DNA of 63,902 bases, counting the filler, from Chrysochromulina tobinii (Eukaryota), in the NCBI GenBank assembly GCA_001275005.1. It is 9 parts of 9 records of this genome, joined end to end, with 100 filler letters (N's around TTAATTAATTAA, not from the genome) between each part and the next. Parts side by side here need not be neighbours in the genome. Positions count along the whole stretch, not along the records: positions 10,804 to 22,533 come from JWZX01000578.1; positions 22,634 to 24,245 come from JWZX01000579.1; 7 more parts are not named here. One strand, written 5' to 3'. Below, piece by piece: positions 12,455 to 24,345 of this stretch; positions within the stretch are counted from its first letter, which is position 1; the number at the start of each line of letters is the position of its first letter. The notes beneath the pieces are model-generated. The model was not told the origin of the DNA. It saw nothing but the letters and a program-made list of their open reading frames with translations, and did not search any database. The position numbers and the translations under genes are program-made.

Positions 12455-12628
12455 TTCGGTGTCGGTGAAAGCCGCGCGAAAAAACCCCGATTTTCACGGT
12501 TTCGTCGCTGGCGTTCCGTGCCCTCAGTGCCACGAAGGGAAGGCGAAGTCCGGGTATTTGATCATGCGTGAGTGAGTCGTGTTTTCACAGTGTTTTCACA
12601 GGTCGGCCGTCACATTGCACTCGCGGTG

Positions 12629-14249
12629 ATGCTTCTCTCCCGCGACACCAGCCATACGCCTACGCCTACAGACGGAAGCCTGTCACGGACGGTCAGCTTC
12701 GCCGCACCCACATTTGCGGTCCTAAGAGGCCTCGTCGAGGTGCAGACGACGCCGCTGCTCGGCGTGGGTGCCTTCGGCTCGGTGTACTATGCTGTGCTGG
12801 TGGAGGGCGCGCGCGCGGTGGCGCTCAAGGCCATCTCCAAGGAGCGCACGCGGGCCGCCGCGCAGCGTGGGGGGGCGCAGCAGAGCGCGCAGGAACTCCT
12901 GTACGGCGAGGCGAAGCTGCTCGAAGAGCTCGCTGCCACCAAGCACCGCAACATGCTGCGCTTCCACGGCTGGTGGCAGGACGAGGGCTTCGTGTACGTG
13001 GCGCAGCAGCTGTGCATGGGTGGCGAGCTACCGGAGTGGCTCTCGCGGCAGCCCGCGTACTCGGAGACCGTCGCCGCCAAGGTGATGTATGATCTACTGC
13101 AGGCGCTCACCCACTGCCACGGCCTGGGTGTGGTGCACCGTGATATCAAACCGCAGAATCTGCTCTTTTCGTCAGCAGCGCCCGACGCGTACCTCAAGCT
13201 GGCTGACTGGGGCCTCGCCGCGCGCTGGCGCCCCTCGGACGCCCCGCTGGCCGAGTTCTGCGGCACGCTCGACTTCGTGTCGCCCGAGATGCTCGAGGGA
13301 GCGTACACTGCGACGACGGACGTGTGGGCGGCGGGCGTGCTGCTCCATCTGCTCCTCTGCGGGCGCAACCCGTTCCGCGGCCCCTCATCCGCCGCCACCG
13401 AGCATCGGTGCGTGCCGCTCGATGCACCTCGCTGCCCGGCCGGGGCGCCTCGCGTCGGCCGTGATGCCTCGCCTCTCCTCGGCCTCCTCGCACCTTCATC
13501 GCACGTTCCTCGCACGTTCATCGCACGTTCCTCGCGTCACTCCACGCTGTCTGCTTCCCTCCCTCATGGCGCCGCACCTTGTCCCAGCGCCCAGCCTGCT
13601 CACACGCTCCCCCTGCCCCCCTCTCGCCCGTACTCCCCTTCGCGCCCGTGCCTCCGCGCGTGCAGCATCCGCACCGCCGCCTCGCTCCAACTCGAGAAGA
13701 ACGAGGCTCTGCAGGGTGTCTCCGACAGCGCGCGCGCCTCGCTGCGTGCGCTGCTCGAGCCGAGCGTGAGTGCGCGCCCGGTCGCCAAGGAGGCTCTGCG
13801 CTTGCAGTGGCTCAAGATGCGCAACGCAGGCGTGGAGGCGCCCATGCTCCGTGCCGTCATCCCGGCAGAGATCCAACGGCTCTGTGACCAGCTCGACCAC
13901 AATGGCGGCGTCTCACCCTCCAACTCGGATAGGTCGGGTGGGTCGGCGCCCGACACGCCGGCGTCGGGAGCAGAAGAGAGCTCCGACGATGGCGAGGTGG
14001 TGGCGGCGCAGTTATCGTTCGAAAAAAAGGGCAGCACGGGCAACCAGCTCGCACAGATTCAAATCATGCCGCGCCGAGAGGTCAACAGCACGCTCGCCGC
14101 CGGCGCCTCGCGCATGCTGCGGGACGCCCTACACGCCGTGCCCAACGCCCTCATCGCGCGCCGTGCGGAGCGACCCTCGCCCAGCAGCACGCGCATCGCC
14201 GCCCCTGCTTCCGACACGGTTGTGGAGCCCGCCGCGCCGATGCCGCCGC

Positions 14250-14297
<48 letters not shown>

Positions 14298-17200
14298 TCG
14301 TCTCGCCCGAGTCGGTGCAGCTGCGCTGGCTCCAGCAGATGGAAGGCCCTGCGGAGGAGGACGCTCCCTCCGATGAGTACGACTCGCCCATGCTCAAGAG
14401 CAAGGTGCTTGCTGGGCGAGTCGCCGTCGCCGCCGCCGCAGCGCTCGCACCGGCCGCCGACGCGAGAGGCAAAAAGCCGCCGCCGCTGACGCTCACGTCC
14501 GCCCAGGTGTGGACGGCGCTGCCGCAGCTCTATGACTTGCTCGGAGGCGATAAGGGTGTCCTCGTCGCCAAGCGTGCTAAGCCGATCGCCATCTACCATC
14601 ACCACCTGCCCCTTGCCATCTACCAGCCACGCCAGCTGTGGGTCTCTCTGGAGGAGATCTGCCTGTACTACGCACCGCTCGCCAAGATTGCGCGCCGAGC
14701 GCGCTGGCGAGCCGACGGCGGAGTCGCGCGCACGCCGCCCGGCGCGCGCACGCGCAGCCTCGTGCGCTCGCCGCGCGCGCTCTCGTCCTGCGGGCCGTCC
14801 GCCGCGACGGCCGAGGAGTCCTGGGACGCCCCGATCGCCCACCACGACGCCCCGATCGCCTCCGGTCGTGGGTGGCCGGCTGAAGGTGGCATCACCTTGC
14901 CATCGCCGTTCGGCACGCCCGAACAGACGCCCCCTTCCACCCCGGGGAACAAGGCCGCCGTCGGTGCGAATGAGGCGGCTCTTGTACGCCTTGACCTACG
15001 CAAGTGCAAGCGCATCCCGCTCTCGGAGATCTTGTCGGTGCGGCTCACCGGCGAGGCAACCCTTGTGCTCCAGTGCCGCAAGCGCGTCTACTCGTTTCGA
15101 TTTCCGAAAGCGCAGCGCGCGACCGCGACGCAGCTGGCGGCGGTGCTGCAGCCGACGCTGCTGCTCAACGACTCAGATGCCCCGTCCTCCGCCCCAGCGA
15201 CGCCCAGTAGCCGCGTCAGCAGCCCTGTCGCCGCCCGTCCAGCGCGCGAGCAGCAGCAGGGGCTGCAGCAGGCAGTAGGGCCACTCTCGAGCACGGCAGA
15301 GCAGAGGGATGCGCGGGCGCCTCGCTCGCCTCGCTCGCCTCGCTCGCTCACAGGCGCGCTCATAGGCTCGCCTCGATCGGTAGCAGGCCTCGATCGGGCG
15401 TTGCCCAAGACAGCGCCCGCCGAGTTGGCCGACGCGCCCAATACAGCGCCCGCCGGTGCGCCCGCTCAGGCGCCCGCGGAGGCGGCCCCAGCGGCGCGCG
15501 CCTTGCGCAAGGCGCGGCCGTTTTGGGAGCTCCAACAAGAACGGCAGGAGCTCAAGCGACAGCAGGAGAAGGAGCAGGAGGAGAAAGAGCAGCAGGAACC
15601 GGCCAGTGCTGCTGGGCAGCCTGCTGGGCAGCATGCTGGGCCGCCGGCCAGTGCTGCTGAGGAGCCGAGCGCGCTAGCAGCGCTCGCGGCGGCAGTGGAT
15701 GAGCAACCGCCGATGCTACCGCAGCCGTCGCCGCCGCGCCTATCGTTCCCCGAACCGCCGTCATCGCCGCGCCCCGAACCGCAGTCGCCGCCGCGTCTTG
15801 CCTTCCCCGAACCGAGCGCCGTCCGTCATAAATCCCCCGGCCCTCGTTCCGCGAGTGCCGTGCCAGTGCTAGAGCAGCCGCAGTCGCCGCCGCCGCGCCT
15901 ATCGCTGCCGCCCGACCAGCCGACGTGCAGGCCCTCGCTCCAACTCGATTCCCCACGGAGCGATGAGAAAGCCGCCGTTTGGGAGGTTGAGGAGCTGCTC
16001 AGGAAGGCGCGAGGCGCACTCAGTGGGGGCGCAGGCACGAGGTACACCGCCGCGCCTGCGCCACGGCCACCGGCGCTGGACGCAATGGACGCTCCGCCAC
16101 CCACGCTGCCGCACGCGCTGCCGCACGCGCTACCACCCGCGCTGCCGCCCGCCCACTCGCAAGAGCGCTCGCTCATGCCCAGGGCAGGCGCGGGCGCAAC
16201 GGACGCGAGCGCGAGGGAGCTTCCTTTCGGTCCCTCGCGTCCACCCGATCTCGCCACCAGAGCTCAGCGAGATCTCAGCGAGATCTCGCGTCCACCCGAT
16301 CTCGCTGAGCTCACTCGCGACGTTGAGCGTCGCCTTCGGGATCCGATGCCACGGCTCATGACGCGTCATAGCAAGCGAGGTGCCTTTGAACTCTCGACTG
16401 TGAATATTCACAGCAGCTCCGCAGCAGATGACGTCCCTCCGGTGCCGCCCGCCCGCCGCCGCCCCGATGCCCGTCCCTCGCACTCATCCATCACCTCCCC
16501 CTCTTCCGCCGCCGCCGCCGCCGCGAGTGCCTTGGCCGCGGTACAGGCCGCCGCGCAAGCCACATCGCAATCACCGCCACCGCCCATTGAGCCTGTGACG
16601 CTTGACCCTGCCGAGCAGTGGCGCCGGCGTGCAATCGAGGCGCTCGGAGCGCCGTCGCGGTTCTCGAGCTCCCAGGCCCAGGGCGCAGTCGTGGCTGGCA
16701 GTCGGCCGCTCAGTCCGCGCACAAGCCGCGAAGAAGTGGGGGAGGGCTTCGCGGCGGCGACGCCGCCGCTCCATAGGAGCTCGAGCAGTAGCAGTGGGGA
16801 GGGCTCGAGCTCGCAGTGGAGATGGCTTGGAGATGGCTCGAGCTCACCACGCTCGCCATCTGTGACGAATTCGACCGCTGGAGCTTCGACTACGAGCGTC
16901 GCGCGCGAGATGTTGATTGACTGGGAGCGTGTACGAGGTGACACGTCCCAGCAGAAGTCGGTGCGCGACATGGTGCGAGTCCTCTCCTCCGCGATCTCGA
17001 CGGCGGGCAGCGCACCCGCGATCTCGACGGCGGGCAGCGCACCCGCGATCTCGACGGCGGGCAGCGCACCCGACGGCGTGGTACGATTGGTGCCGTTGCG
17101 CCGGCGTTCGTTCGAGAGGCAGGAGGAGCCTAAGCCGGAGCCGCCGTCGCGACGTCGCATCTCCGCGGAAGGACTGAGCCGGCAGATCTCGATCTCGCAG

Positions 17201-17518
17201 AGCCAGGTTGACTCGCAGAGCCAGATCTCGATCTCGCAGAGCCAGGCGTGCGCCGCGCCAAGCGCCGCCGCGGGCACGGGCGAGGGCGGTCAGACGGCCG
17301 CGCCCGATGAGACGAGTACCTCGGGCGTGACCGCGTCGAGCAGCCCGACCCTGAGCATGCTCCGGCAGCGTGCCTCGCATACCTTCGGCTCAGGCAGCTC
17401 AAGCTCGATCGTCACGGTCACACCTCAGGTACCGGGACCGAGAGCGGTGCTCGGCCTCGGGCCGCGCAACGACTCATCTCTCTCTTTTGACTCAACCTCA
17501 TTCACTTCCGTTGAGTGA
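12629..17518 (+). CDS. CAMK-group Ser/Thr protein kinase with split PH-like domain and long low-complexity tail; intron 13408..13665
   Basis: Motifs GVGAFGSV, VALK, HRDIKPQNLL, LKLADWGLA, CGTLDFVSPE and DVWAAGV. Removing the 258-nt GTGCGT...GTGCAG intron restores the kinase C-lobe (TEHRIRTAAS...VSDSARASLRALLEP..RPVAKEAL..WL). Confidence 0.88.
16990..17070 (+). repeat. Three in-frame 27-nt tandem repeats (AISTAGSAP)
   Basis: CGCGATCTCGACGGCGGGCAGCGCACC occurs three times in tandem. Confidence 0.9.
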
Positions 17519-17982
17519 GATAGTGTCCGGTCGTCGGAGTCGCACTGGCGCTACTGCTCACCGCGTGCCCACCGCGCACACCGCCGTTTGTGCTCTGTGG
17601 GATTTCTCTGCCGTAACAGTAGCCGTAACATGTCAGCCGTTACAGCTGAACATCGCATGCAGTATCGTATGCATGCCGTACTTGGGTTGGTTCCCTTCTT
17701 GTCGAAGAATACGCGTACTGGCGACTCACGCACACAGTAAGCTCTGTATGCCTGGGAACCCCGGCCCTCGCCACGTCTTGATGCGCCACGTGCGCTGTGT
17801 ACGTTACGCTGCCGTCGCGTGCCGTGCGGCTCCTGCCTCGGTTGGCATGTCGTTTACTTCATACTTGAGCTGTGCACTCGAGTACGAGAGTCTTTGACCC
17901 AAAGGGGTTATGGGGAGATAGTCTTTCTGGATTCTCACACTATCCCCACCACCTGATTTTGAACTGAGGGAGAGAGCGAATC

Positions 17983-19371
17983 CTAGAAAGATGTCTCGCC
18001 GGCCGTGGCCCCATCGTCGACGCGCTCCAGGCAGCAGAGCCAACGCACAAATGCACCGCCACCCATCAAGGCGGTCGGCACGCCGTGGAAGTCGGCACGT
18101 CGCGAGCGGCGCGTCGCGAAGCGCTGCTTACGCCCATGCACCAGGCGCAGGTGCGGCCGGTGCGCGGACGGCAGCCGCTTCTCGAGCAAGGCCTCGAGGG
18201 AGAGCGACACATCGTCGCCGCGGGCAGGGACGAAGAGGACTAAGCGGCCGCCCGGCGCGAGCACCACCTCAGCGAGCTCGAGCACAGCGCCCGTGATCTC
18301 GTCGGAAGGTTCGGCCGAGGAAGAGCGCTCGGCGACCACCTCGCCCTCACGCAGCACGGGTGCACCCATGCCATACGGAGGGTCGCATAGGATCGCGTCG
18401 TACGTCGTCGGCGTCGTCAACGCTCCAAGGGCGCGTTTCGTCAGCACGTCGCCCTCGAGCAGCTGCGGCGCGGGCAGCCCGTGCCTCGCAAACTCCGCAG
18501 CGGCTCCTTGGAAGGCGGCCGCGTCGCAGTCCACGCCGACCAGCTCCGTCGCGCCGAGCGCCGCCGCCGCTAGCAGCAGCCCACACGAACCAGCCGTCGG
18601 GTCGAGCACCGTCAGAGAGCCCCGCCCGACCCTCGGTGATAATCTCGGCCCTACCCTCGCGAGGTTGGCCATCACGAAGGCGATCTCCGGCTCCATGGCC
18701 GTCGGGCCGCGCCCGAGCCGATCTTTGAGGGCATACTGGCCCAACCAGCCCGTGTAGGAGCGGCGGCCCGTCGCCAGCCCAGGAGCACTCGTACCGGCCG
18801 CGGGGCCAGTGGCGAGCCGCCATCCAAAGTGAACTCGGCCGCTGCGCCCCTCGCGCACGAGCACCCAAGGCTGAGTGCGCTCGCCATGAGAAAGAGCCGG
18901 TGCAGCTGCACAGCCAACCGCAGCAGCACCGGCGCGCCACGCATCAAGCATCTCGTCACGACAAGCGCGACGCAGGTCGGGCAGCGATAGGTCCACAACA
19001 TCGACAGCCGCAGGAAGCAAGCCGAGCTCCCGCCTCGCAGCAGCACCGGCACCAGCAGCATCGTCAGCAGAAGCGACGATGCAGTAAGCGCCATGCGCAA
19101 GGATGGCACGGCCTACTGCCTGCTGCAACGTGCGCTCGCAGACGTTCTGAGCCCAGAAAGCCTGAGGATCCTCATCTTCCACTTGAAGCTCGGCCGGACT
19201 GAGTGTGCAACCGGCGGCAAGCGCACAGAGCTCGAGCCGGGGAAGATCATAATTCGTCTCTGGCCCGAACCCGTACGTGTGCCTTGAGCGTGCGCGAAAC
19301 ACGACCAATAGGTTTCGTGGCGCTGTCGGCGCGGCAAAAGCGTCGGAGGCTGCCACAGCGAGACCGAGCAT
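17983..19371 (-). CDS. TRM11-like SAM-dependent RNA (guanine-N2) methyltransferase
   Basis: Motifs GPTAMEPEIAFVMANLA, VLDPTAGSCGLL and DAILCDPPYG. The short hydrophobic N-terminus may be a targeting peptide. Confidence 0.75.
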   Translation of the reverse strand: MLGLAVAASDAFAAPTAPRNLLVVFRARSRHTYGFGPETNYDLPRLELCALAAGCTLSPAELQVEDEDPQAFWAQNVCERTLQQAVGRAILAHGAYCIVASADDAAGAGAAARRELGLLPAAVDVVDLSLPDLRRACRDEMLDAWRAGAAAVGCAAAPALSHGERTQPWVLVREGRSGRVHFGWRLATGPAAGTSAPGLATGRRSYTGWLGQYALKDRLGRGPTAMEPEIAFVMANLARVGPRLSPRVGRGSLTVLDPTAGSCGLLLAAAALGATELVGVDCDAAAFQGAAAEFARHGLPAPQLLEGDVLTKRALGALTTPTTYDAILCDPPYGMGAPVLREGEVVAERSSSAEPSDEITGAVLELAEVVLAPGGRLVLFVPARGDDVSLSLEALLEKRLPSAHRPHLRLVHGRKQRFATRRSRRADFHGVPTALMGGGAFVRWLCCLERVDDGATAGETSF

Positions 19372-20088
19372 TCTTTGCCCTGTACTCTCCGTCGCGTTGA
19401 CGCGCGTGGCGGGCGGGCGACGCGACCCGGCGAGGAAGGAGAGCGTAGCCGCTTACTCCGACATTAACTCCCCAGGTGTGAATAGATCAGTCGGTGGCCC
19501 GAAACTACCCCTCGACTCCCCGGCTGTGAACGCGCTGGCTCTTTTATCGTGAAACAAAAAGCGGGTCCGTGCGGCCCCTCAAAAAATGAATATTTTGGGG
19601 GCCGCACGAAAGCCTTGTAGGAAGAGTAACTACTTGAGTAGTAGTGAGTAGCCTTAGACGTCGCACGCGGAGTCGTGCGCAGAGAGTGTTCTAGACAAAC
19701 AACCCCCGACTCACGCCTGGGAAACACGCGCTTGCGGGAAATGATCGCGATTCCTCAGAAGAAGTTCGCGCCCGATTAGGCAATCGGGGCGCGGTGCCTG
19801 GGTGCCTCGCTCCGGGGGCAACAAAGGGGCTAGGGCCACACTCAGGGGGCACACACTGACACGTGACGGAAAGGACCGTCCAGCGGGCTAACAGCGGGCA
19901 GGGCCCGGTCACGGCCGAGCGGGTCGCATTCGATTCGCCTGAACTGGTGAAGCCTAACTAAGCATTTCCTTCGGACGCGACTCCAAGGCGAAACCGCGTT
20001 TTGGCTTCGCAAGTCCCCTGATTAACGAAGCACCAGTTTCCCGAAACGAAACTTCGGAACCCCAATTTCACGCATGGAAACTCATGGA

Positions 20089-22533
20089 ATGCGCACGCTC
20101 CTCGCCCTGGTGCTCGTGGCGCGCAGCCACGCGTACCTGCGATCTGCGACAGCATGCACGGGCAACCAGGTCATTGCGACCGAGTCGGAATGCCAGACTG
20201 CGGCGCTAGCCCTCAACGTGTACGGCTACAACACTGGCGCGAACCCCGGCGCGGAATGGCCTGCGGGCTGCTTCTTTCACGGCACGACCGCATACTGGAG
20301 CACGCAGACGGGCACGAACAGGCCGACCCCCACCGATGGATTCAGTCCGTTCCTGTGCCGCTCAGGCTTTGCGACGTCGTCTACATGTTCTGGTAGCTCC
20401 ACCATCGTCGCGTCAATTGCCAGCTGCATGGAGGCCAGCTCCGTGGTTGGCTACTCCTGGAATTCCTACCAGCGCACGACGCAGTGCGCGACTGGCCCGA
20501 CGGCCATGGCGAGCGTGGCCGAGTGCAGCAACTCCGGCAACATTGCGTTCACCACCTTCTCGTACAACTCGGACGTCGAGACGGAGTGGAGGCAGGGCTG
20601 CTTCATCCACAACTCCAACGTCTTCTCCCAAATGAAGCGACAGACTGGCACGAACGTGCCCGCTCCAAGTGACGGCGGCGGCGCTTTCATTTGCCGCAAA
20701 TCGGATACAGTCGGCACCGAATGGCCGCAGGGCTGCTTCGTGCACAACGCCAAGGTTTACTTCCAGCCGAACGCGCAAACGGGCGCAAACTCCCCGTCCC
20801 TGGGAAATGTACCCCCGCGCCGCAGACAAACCCATTCACATCCCGCGCCGCACACACACCCATTCACACCCTACCTCAAAAGCTCAACGCAGAAAACGTT
20901 CCTCCCCCCCCCCGCCCCACACCCATTTCACAGGTGTGCTCGACGGGCTATGGCAGCGGCGCGAGACAGGGATTAAGTGCGGACAACGCCGCTGGTATGG
21001 TCGTGTTCCTGTCCGTGGGCGGGTGGTGCTACCGCATCTCTGTCCGCGATCGCATCCAGCAGTTTGGAGACCAGGGAAGTCCTGCGGCGTGTGCGAACGC
21101 CTGGCCCAATGCTCAGGGACCTACCTTGCTCGGTACGTACAATAGTACAACCGGGTTCGTCCACTCGTACGCGAACGGCGACGGCACGTGCAACAGCGGC
21201 GGCGGACGCGCTTCCACGCTCACGTTGATTGCAGATTCGACGGCGACGAGTATCACGGGCACCAAGGTAGAGGGTCCTACCTGCGTGTATGCATTCACAC
21301 TAACCGGACCCGCATCCCTGCTGACCGTCTCGCCGCCGCCTCCGAGGAGCCCGCCAGCGCCGTCCCCTTTGCCTTTCCCACCACCGTCACCGCCTTCGCC
21401 GTTGCCTTCGCCACCGCCTCGTCCGCCACCGCCTTCGCCTTCGCCGTCCCCGCCCCCTCAGCGCCTTGATGCGGACCGCGCTGCAAATCTGGTGGTGTAC
21501 GCTCTCGCGACCGGGTACTGCTACCGTGTAGCTGTCCGCGATCGCATGCAGCAATATGGGAATGCGGCAAGTGCTGCAGCGTGTGAGAGCGCCTGGCCCA
21601 ACGCTAGCGGAGGTTATCTTCTCGGTACGTACGTGCAGACGAGCTCGTTCGTCCAGTCGTACGCGAACGGTGATGGCACTTGCAACAACGGCGGCGGACG
21701 CGCTGCTACGCTCACGGTGATTCAAGATGTGCTGGCGACGGCTATCACGGCTACCGTCGTAGAAAACCCTACGTGCGTGTATGCAGTGACTCTCTACGGG
21801 CCCGCAGCCTTGCTGACCGTCTTGTCGCCGCCTCCCTTCTCGCCATTTCCGCCGTCGCCGCCGCCACCGTCGCCGTCGCCGCCGCCGCCGTCACCGTCGC
21901 CACCACCTCCCTCGCCGCTGCCTTCGCCACCGCCTTCGCCACCACCAGCGCTTCTTAATGCGGACTTATCTTCTAATCTGGTCGTGTTCCTGTCCGTGGG
22001 TGGGTGGTGCTACCGCATCTCTGTCCGCGATCGCATCCAGCAGTTTGGAGACCAGGGAAGTCCTGCGGCGTGTGCGAACGCCTGGCCCAATGCTCAGGGA
22101 TCTATCTTGCTCGGTACGTACAATAGTACAACCGGGTTCGTCCACTCGTACGCGAACGGCGACGGCACGTGCAACAGCGGCGGCGGACGCGCAACCACGC
22201 TCACAGTGATTTCAGACGTGCTGGCGTCGACTATCACGGGCACCATCACAGAGCCGCAAACTTGCGTGTATGCCGTCACTATCTACGGACCGGTAGCTTT
22301 GCTCACCATCTCGTCGCCGCCTCCTTCACCTCTACCTTCACCGCCGCCGCCGCCGTCGCCGCCGCCGCCGTCGCCGTCGCCACCACCTCCTTCATTCCCT
22401 CCTCCCCTGCCGCCCTCGCCCTCCTCCCCCCCACCGTCGCCTTCCCCTCCTCCCCTGCCGCCCTCGCCCTCTCCCCCCACCGTCGCCTTCCCCTCCTCCC
22501 CTGCCGCCCTCGCCCTCTCCCCCCCCACCGTCG
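20089..22533 (+). CDS. Secreted surface protein: 3 Cys-containing EWPxGCF repeats, then 3 MRH-like domains separated by Ser-Pro linkers; intron 20809..20933; 3' truncated
   Basis: Signal peptide MRTLLALVLVARSHA. A 125-nt GTACCC...TTCACAG intron joins ORFs 20074 and 20691 in frame. The repeated ~110-aa domain reads WCYRISVRDRIQQF..LLGTY..YANGDGTC..GGRA.TLT..E..TCVY. Confidence 0.8.
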
Positions 22534-22633
22534 NNNNNNNNNNNNNNNNNNNNNNNNNNNNNNNNNNNNNNNNNNNNTTAATTAATTAANNNNNNNNNNN
22601 NNNNNNNNNNNNNNNNNNNNNNNNNNNNNNNNN
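22534..22633. other. Artificial contig-joining spacer
   Basis: N44-TTAATTAATTAA-N44. Confidence 0.98.
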
Positions 22634-22649
22634 GGATATTCGCAACGAG

Positions 22650-24245
22650 ATGGCCTCTATGTTCCTCGCCCACGGCACTATCGTCCAGCTCTCCAAGTCC
22701 AACGCGCACGCCAAGACGACCGTCGACCAATGGGCCGTCTGCATACTTGACAAGGACGCCGCGCAGCCCACTCTCGAGGGCACCTTCGTCGTCTTCAACG
22801 AGAAGTCGGAAGCCGAAGCCTTCCTCCACGCGCACGACGCGTGGGTCGTCAACCCCACCGTCCCGCCGTCCGCTGCCCCATCCGCCTCCAGTTTCAATGG
22901 CTTCGTCACCACTTTGTCTCGAAAAAAGGCGGATCTTCACCATCTTTCCGCCAACTGGGCAGACTGGTGCACCATCCCGGGCGTGGGGCCATCGCCCGCG
23001 CTCGAACCCTTCCTCGGCCGCCTCGTCAAGATCTTCGTCAAAGACCCGGCGGGCGCTTTCGTTCACGTCCTCGCCACAGTCGCATCCAAGGACTTAGCCT
23101 CCGACGTCTACACGCTGTCGTACAACCTGAACGGAGTGAACTCCGACTGCGAGTACACCGCAGCGCAACTCAAGGACTGGTGCAAGCGCTTTTCCGACGC
23201 GCTGCAGAGCGGCAAGGCCCCTTCCGCGTCACCGCCCGCACCAGGCGCAGGCGCATCCGGAGCCGGCTACTCGATTCTGTTGGACCCCACCTTCGACCCC
23301 CTTCTCGGCCTCATCAAGAAGCTCACCGTCTCGGCTAAGTTCGGCGACGCTCACACGATCGACGCCAGAGAGGCTCTGACGACGCTCATCGGCCGGCACG
23401 GGGACAGCTCCACCTTCGCGAAGCTCACCCTCACCGTCCAGGGCGCCGCCGCCGACGATGCTCCCGGCGGCCCCATCCACTCCATCGTCCACGGCATCCA
23501 CGCTCTGAATGCAGAGCTCTCCTCGTTCGTGCCACTCCACCCCAACCGATTTCTCTGGCCTTCCGACTCGGCCAAGAAACTTGGAGAGGCGCTCGCATCT
23601 GCGTTCAACCGTGGCAACCCCTCTTCGCCCCAGCACCCCCTCGCGGAGGCACTTAAGACCAAGGCGATCGATTCTGGCGAATGGGACAAGCTCCTCGCCG
23701 ATCACTGGATGATCACCGTCGATCCCGCTCGTCACGTCTTCGCCCAGTCCAAACGGCAAGACTCCTACATCATGACCGGTATGCTCGAGCACTTCCTCCG
23801 GCGCACCACCTCCGCCGCCGCTCTCGCCGCCCTTGATGCCAATCAGGACAGTGGCTCGCTCCTCCTCCTCGTCAGCGAGCTGGCAGCACCCAAGCCCCAA
23901 CCAATTCCGGCCCTTCAGAACCCTGTCAACATTCAGAACCCGTTTCAGATTCAACCCGCTCAGAACCAAGCTCAGCTCTCGGCCTTCCAACTTCAGTTGC
24001 TCCAAGGGCATCAGGCTGGAGTCCAAGTAGTCTTCAACGACAAGAAAGCAGCTGACACGTCAAGGGATGTGCTCCAGCTGCGCTCGGATGCACAAGCGTT
24101 GGCTCACGACCCCCTCGCCTCGGCCGAGCTCGAGACCCTCATCAAGATCAGGGCGGCCGGCGACGGCAAGCTGCTCGAGGACGCCGTCAAGGCGGTCACG
24201 AGCCCGAAGCTCAAGCGCCTTCTGGCCTCTGAGGGCGACGACCTC
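22650..24245 (+). CDS. Hypothetical intronless protein (3' truncated); possibly a transposon/retroelement ORF
   Basis: Open frame of >530 codons with protein-like composition and C-ending codon bias. It fills the whole small contig. No recognisable motif. Confidence 0.55.
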
Positions 24246-24345
24246 NNNNNNNNNNNNNNNNNNNNNNNNNNNNNNNNNNNNNNNNNNNNTTAATTAATTA
24301 ANNNNNNNNNNNNNNNNNNNNNNNNNNNNNNNNNNNNNNNNNNNN
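24246..24345. other. Artificial contig-joining spacer
   Basis: N44-TTAATTAATTAA-N44. Confidence 0.98.
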
